A stretch of 64,000 nt of DNA. It comes from Octopus sinensis. Its lineage: Eukaryota. The DNA is taken from positions 74,896,001 to 74,960,000 of the forward strand of contig NC_043005.1 of the NCBI RefSeq assembly GCF_006345805.1, given 5' to 3'. Below the pieces are notes generated by a model, which was not told the DNA's origin, made no database searches, and saw only the letters and a program-made list of their open reading frames with translations. A program made the position numbers and the translations under genes. Positions within the stretch are counted from its first letter, which is position 1; every line of letters begins with the position of its first letter. This document shows, one piece after another, positions 63,015-64,000 of this stretch.

Positions 63015-64000
63015 ATATATATATATATGTATGTGTATATATATATGTTATTAGCTAAGCTAAGATACCATGTGCATTACTCAAGATGTAATTATCTTTG
63101 CTTCAGCGACTGTATTCATGAGCATATATAAAGTGGATATGCAGGGCAGATACATTTTGAGATAATGTTTTATATTGCCTACACTGCTTGACTGTTTACT
63201 TATTTCATCAAACCAAAACAACTAAAAGCAGAACAATGCATTTGATCTCAAAATGTAAAGTCATGTAACCCGATATAGTAACACATTGGTTATGCTCTGT
63301 TGATTGTTTTTTTCAATTCACCATCTCTTAAAATATATCCTGTATCTCTTACCTTTTACTTGTTTCTGTCATTGGCCTGTTGCCTTGCTGGAGCAAATGC
63401 AAGGGATAAGTGGAACAAATTGACCCCAGTTTTTTTATGCTTTTATTCTTTGACTTGTCTCAAAGGTGGCAAGCTGGCAGAAATTTTAGCATGCCGGGCA
63501 AAATGCTTAGCAGTATTTCATCTGTCTTTACGTTCTGAGTTCAAATTCTGCTGAGGTTGACTTTGCTTTTCAAACTTTCGGGGTCGATTATTAAGTACCA
63601 TTTGTGTACTGGGGTCGATCTTTGTGTTTGACTGGTACCCTCTCCAAAGATTCTGGGCCTTGTGCCTAAAATAGAAAAGATTCTTTGACTTGTCTCAGTC
63701 ATTAGACTGTGGCCATGCTGGGGCACCACATTGAAAATGCTTTAGTTGAATGAATTGACCCCTTTACTTGCTTTTATTTTAATGCCTGGTACTTATTGTA
63801 TCGGTCTCTTTTACTGAATTGCTAAGTTACAGTGATGTGAACACACCAAAACTGGTTGTCAAGCAGTGGTGAAGAGACAGACACAAAGACACACACACCA
63901 GTTACACCATCTACAACCACAATGTTGTGTGTGTGTAATATTGTAATGTAGAATATATATATAAGAAATAGAAAACGAAACCATAATAAATTCAATTGCA

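Larger units (their letters stand above)
57540..64000. repeat. Tandem segmental duplication with a period of about 4.5 kb; the second copy is truncated by the window end
   Basis: 57540-59560 matches 62050-63895 almost base for base. The initial offset is 4511 (TGAGAACG at 57551 and 62062). Confidence 0.9.

Overview
Eukaryotic genomic DNA, AT-rich and packed with microsatellites and SINEs. The repeat landscape looks like an octopus (cephalopod) genome, which is an inference from the repeat families. One apparently intact protein-coding gene lies on the + strand: a GH18 chitinase with 7 coding exons (23989-45586, 439 aa by my splice model). It has a signal peptide, an intact DxDxE motif, a Thr-rich stalk, no CBM14 in this model, and a GPI-signal-like hydrophobic C-terminus. 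Two degraded, exon-like fragments of nuclear housekeeping genes are present: cactin (about 2744-3434, +) and the Mi-2/CHD3-5 N-terminus (about 52002-52596, -). The rest is mobile DNA: several tRNA-derived SINE families, Penelope, RTE, R4/NeSL-like, CR1/L2-like and possibly CRE-like retroelement fragments, non-autonomous Helitrons, and hAT, Mutator, piggyBac and Tc2/pogo-like MITEs. Notable structures are a 466-bp near-perfect palindrome sitting in a long-TIR foldback element inside a chitinase intron, a minisatellite that appears born from a SINE, and a 4.5-kb tandem duplication with a chimeric SINE junction at the window end. All homology calls were made by eye from remembered family motifs; no searches were run.
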